A stretch of DNA of 64,000 bases from Malacoraja senta. Lineage: Eukaryota. Shown piece by piece: positions 60,795-64,000 of the stretch. How positions within the stretch are numbered: the first letter of the stretch is position 1; every line of letters begins with the position of its first letter. Location of the stretch: the NCBI GenBank assembly GCA_038087875.1, contig CM075993.1, positions 3,164,001 to 3,228,000 of the forward strand. Direction: 5' to 3'. The notes under the pieces are model-generated. The model saw only the letters and a list, made by a program, of their open reading frames with translations, was not told the origin of the DNA and made no database searches. The translations under genes and the position numbers were made by a program.

Positions 60795-61524
60795 CATGTT
60801 GGTATGTTGGTCGGCAAGGAGGAGTTGGGCCGAAGGGCCTGTTTCCCTGCTGTATTGCTCCAAGCCTCTGTGGTATTCTTTCTACGCCATGCAGATTCGC
60901 TGTTGTACTCACATCTGGTGAACAGATCTGAAAGCCTCATTGCCGATACCCGCGACAGTAATCCTCTCCTCCTCGATTCATATTCAGGTGTTGGAATAAT
61001 TTTAATTTCAACGAAACCCTTGCTGCTCGCAATTTTAACTTTTAACACCAGTCATTCAATCATAATTAATGTAAGGTGCTCTTGGACAGATGTAAAACAT
61101 TTTAACAAGAACTTATAAATCAATTAAGCTCTAATATAATTTTATGGCGCTTATTCCGCCTGTCATTATTTTGACAAACCAATAGCTAAGGCTTAGTAAT
61201 ATATTCATTTTACACGTCTCCCAGTTTGGGGAAAGCCTGAGAGAAATGTTAACACAACACGTTCAAAATAGAACAAGTTCCTTCAACAATGTAGCTCTCG
61301 CTCGGCGAGACAGGTTAGAAAGATTGTCTGACCCCTTCACCTGCCATTCATCTGTCAGAGTATTGAGTGTAGAAGTTATATAAGACATCGGTGAGGCTGC
61401 ATTTAGAGTATTGTGTGCAGGAAGGAACTGCAGATGCTGGTTCAAACCGAAGATAGACGCAAAATGCTGGAGTAACTCAGCGGGACAGGCAGCATCTCTG
61501 GAGAGAAGGAATGGGTGAAGTTTC

Positions 61525-62452
61525 GTAGATACATAGAAAATAGGTGCAGGAGTAGGCCGTTCGACCCTTCGAGCCAGCACCGCCATTCAATGTGATCATG
61601 GCTGATCATCCACAATCAGTACCCCGTTCCTGCCTTCTCCCCATCTCCCTTGATTCCCCTAGCCCGAAGAGCTCTATCTAACTCTCTTTTGAATGCATCC
61701 AGTGAATTGGCCTCCACTGCCTTCCGAGGCAGAGAATTCCACAGACTCACAACTCTCTGGGTGAAAAAGTTTGTCCTCATCTCAGTTCTAAATGGCCTAC
61801 CCCTTGTTCTTAAACTGTGGCCCCTGGTTCTGGACTCCCCCAACATCGGGAACATGTTTCTTGCATCTAGCCTGTCCAATCCCTTAATAATCTTATATGT
61901 TTCTATAAGATCCCCTCTCATCGTTCTAAATTCCAGTGAATACAAGCCCATGCGCTCCATTATTTCAGCATATGACAGTCCTGCCGGGAATTAACATTGT
62001 AATCCTATGCTGCACTCCCTCAATAGCAAGAATGTCCTTCCTTAAATTTGGATACCAAAACTGCACCCAATACCCCAGGTGTGGTCTCACCAGGGTCATG
62101 TACAACTGCAGAAGGGCCTCTTTGCTCCTATACTCAAATCCTCTCATTATGAAGGCCAACATGCCATTCGCTTTCTTCACTGCCTGCTGTACCTGCATGC
62201 TTACTTTCATTGACTGATGAACAAGGACCCCCAGATCTCGTTGTACTTCCCCTTTTCCTAACCTGACACCATTCAGATAATAATCTGCCTTCCTGTTCTT
62301 GCCACCAAAGTGGATAACCTCACACATTATACTGCATCTGCCCACTCACCCAACCTATCCAAGTCACCCTGCATCCTCATAGCATGCTCTGCACAGTTCA
62401 CACTGCCACCCAGCTTTGTGGCACCTGCAAATTTGCTGATGTTACTTATAAT
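61525..62452 (-). pseudogene. Longest CR1 ORF2 remnant (RT C-terminal half), inactive
   Basis: ISKFAGATKLGG (FADD catalytic motif degenerated), QGDLDRLGEWA, CEVIHFGGKNRKADYYLNG...RDLGVLV; frameshifts. Confidence 0.9.
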
Positions 62453-62713
62453 TCCTGGTCGAGGTTTCGGGTCGAGACCCTTCTTCAGACTGAGAGTCAG
62501 GGGAGAGGGAAAGGAGAGAGATATAGACGGTGATGTAGAGAGATACAGAACAAATGAACGAAAGATATGCAAAAAAGTAATGATGACAAAGGGAACAGGC
62601 CACTGTTAGCTGTGTGCTAGGTGAGAACGCCTACAGATAATGAGACTCAACGAGGCGACTCTGACGGTGGGGGAAGGATGGAGGGAAGGGGGGGGTGGTG
62701 CAACAGTTACTTG

Positions 62714-62800
62714 CTCACCCTCCCCCTGGTCATAACAGGGACGGAGTCCCCTAAGTCATAAACCTTTCACCCCATCAGCCGTCGCATACAACACATAATT
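62714..62800 (+). mobile_element. Penelope internal ORF fragment
   Basis: Degenerate NRDGVP..TFHPISRRIQHII, typical of the PLE region upstream of GIY-YIG. Confidence 0.55.
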
Positions 62801-62864
62801 CTGCACTTTCTGTACCCCTTCCAACATGACAACATGGTGCCCAGAACTGAACGCAATATTCTAA

Positions 62865-63094
62865 AGGGCCTGTCCCACTTTCACGATCGAATTCACGACC
62901 TTTTTTACTCGTGGACATTTTTCATCATGCTAGAAAAACGCCCCGACCTACTTGATGCCACGAGTACCTACGACTAGCATCACGGCCTGCTACGACCTAC
63001 CTACGACCTCCTCGTGACGACCATGCTGCGAGTATGAGTCAAGGGCAAACTCGGCAGAGGTCGTGAAATAGGTCGTGAAAGTGGGACAGGCCCT
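62865..63094. mobile_element. Harbinger-like MITE type B
   Basis: TIRs AGGGCCTGTCCCACTTTCACGA / TCGTGAAAGTGGGACAGGCCCT; perfect TAA TSD (62862-62864, 63095-63097). Confidence 0.92.
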
Positions 63095-63563
63095 TAAATT
63101 GACACAAAATGCTGGAGTAACTCAGCGGGACCAGCAGCGTTTCTGGAGAGAAGGAATGGGTGACGTTGTATCTCTAGACTGACTTCCTACACTTGTAGGC
63201 AATCGAGGCAGGTCGGTTCGGCTTGACTGAGCAAACTTACTTCGCCAAAGGGAGCCTCCAGGTGCTTGTTTACTGAAACCTGGGTGATCTCAAACATGCA
63301 GACAAAAAGATAATCTGCCATTTGGTACTTCTTTAAAGAATCTTTGTACCCTGAGGTGGGACCCCGTTTTAGGGGAGAGAGCAGGTTGGGAAAAGAGATT
63401 TTAAGCGGGCTCAATAAAACCATATTGATCGCACTGCATAAATATTTATAATAAACATATATATTTTTTAAAGACCTTGGTTTACAAAGGTAACTAAAGC
63501 TTCTCTGCTTGCTGACGCTATCTTTCTGACGGATTGATGATTGGCTCAAATTAGTCTTTGACA

Positions 63564-63870
63564 GGTGGCACAGTGAAGCTGCTGCCTCACAGCGCCAGAG
63601 ACCTGGGTTCGATCCTGACCACGGGTGCTGTCTGTACAGGGTTTGCACGCTCTCCCTCTGTCCACGTGGGTTTTCACCGGGTGCTCTGGTTTCCCCCACC
63701 CCACATTCCAAAGACCTACAGGTTTATAGGTTAATTGCCCTCTGTAAATTGCCCCCAGTGCCCCAAGCACGCAAAACCGAGATAACTGGTGTGTGGTGAT
63801 CGCTGGTCGGCACGGACTCGGTGGGCCGATGGGCCTGTTTCCACAATGTGTCTCGAAACTCAACTAAAAC
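63564..63870 (+). mobile_element. V-SINE (HE1-like)
   Basis: GGTGGCACAG..GGTTCGATCC..V-domain..GGGCCTGTTTCC tail. Confidence 0.8.
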
Positions 63871-64000
63871 TCTCAAGAACTTGGATTCATTTCAAGAGTC
63901 AAGAGTGTTTTATTGTCATATGTCCCGGATGGGACAATGAAATTCTTACTTGCTGCAGCACAACAGAATATGTGAATATGTAAACATTGGACATAACGGG

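Noticed and set aside
61525..62452. Active reverse transcriptase
   Set aside because: 5'-truncated and frameshifted, with the catalytic FADD motif reading FAGA.
1..64000. The many short ORFs in the six-frame track as host genes
   Set aside because: Those I could recognise are LINE fragments or recurring chance translations of SINE/Penelope/MITE repeats; I found no coherent exon chain.

Overview
Vertebrate non-coding DNA, most likely a cartilaginous fish (skate/ray-like repeat content), from a large intron or gene desert. I found no convincing host exon, rRNA, true tRNA or CRISPR array, and there is a 200-N gap at 12234-12433. Much of the window is nested transposon fragments: many 5'-truncated CR1 LINE 3' ends, tRNA-derived V-SINEs (HE1-like), Penelope-like fragments including a GIY-YIG endonuclease remnant, and L2, Rex1, RTE, Tx1 and Daphne/Crack-like fragments. 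It also holds PIF/Harbinger-type MITEs (TAA/TTA TSD) and one hAT MITE (8-bp TSD). The most notable signal is in RNA structure. (1) A ~135-bp TSD-flanked element present in 4 copies has first 54 nt that fold by eye into a minimal HDV-like ribozyme, starting at the element's first base. (2) Two longer RTE-type non-autonomous elements have a similar HDV-like 5' fold. (3) Dozens of minimal hammerhead-ribozyme cores lie in Penelope 3' ends, including recurring palindromic/tandem composites. All folds are manual and untested; family names rest on motif recognition, not database searches. Only representative copies of the most abundant repeats are listed.
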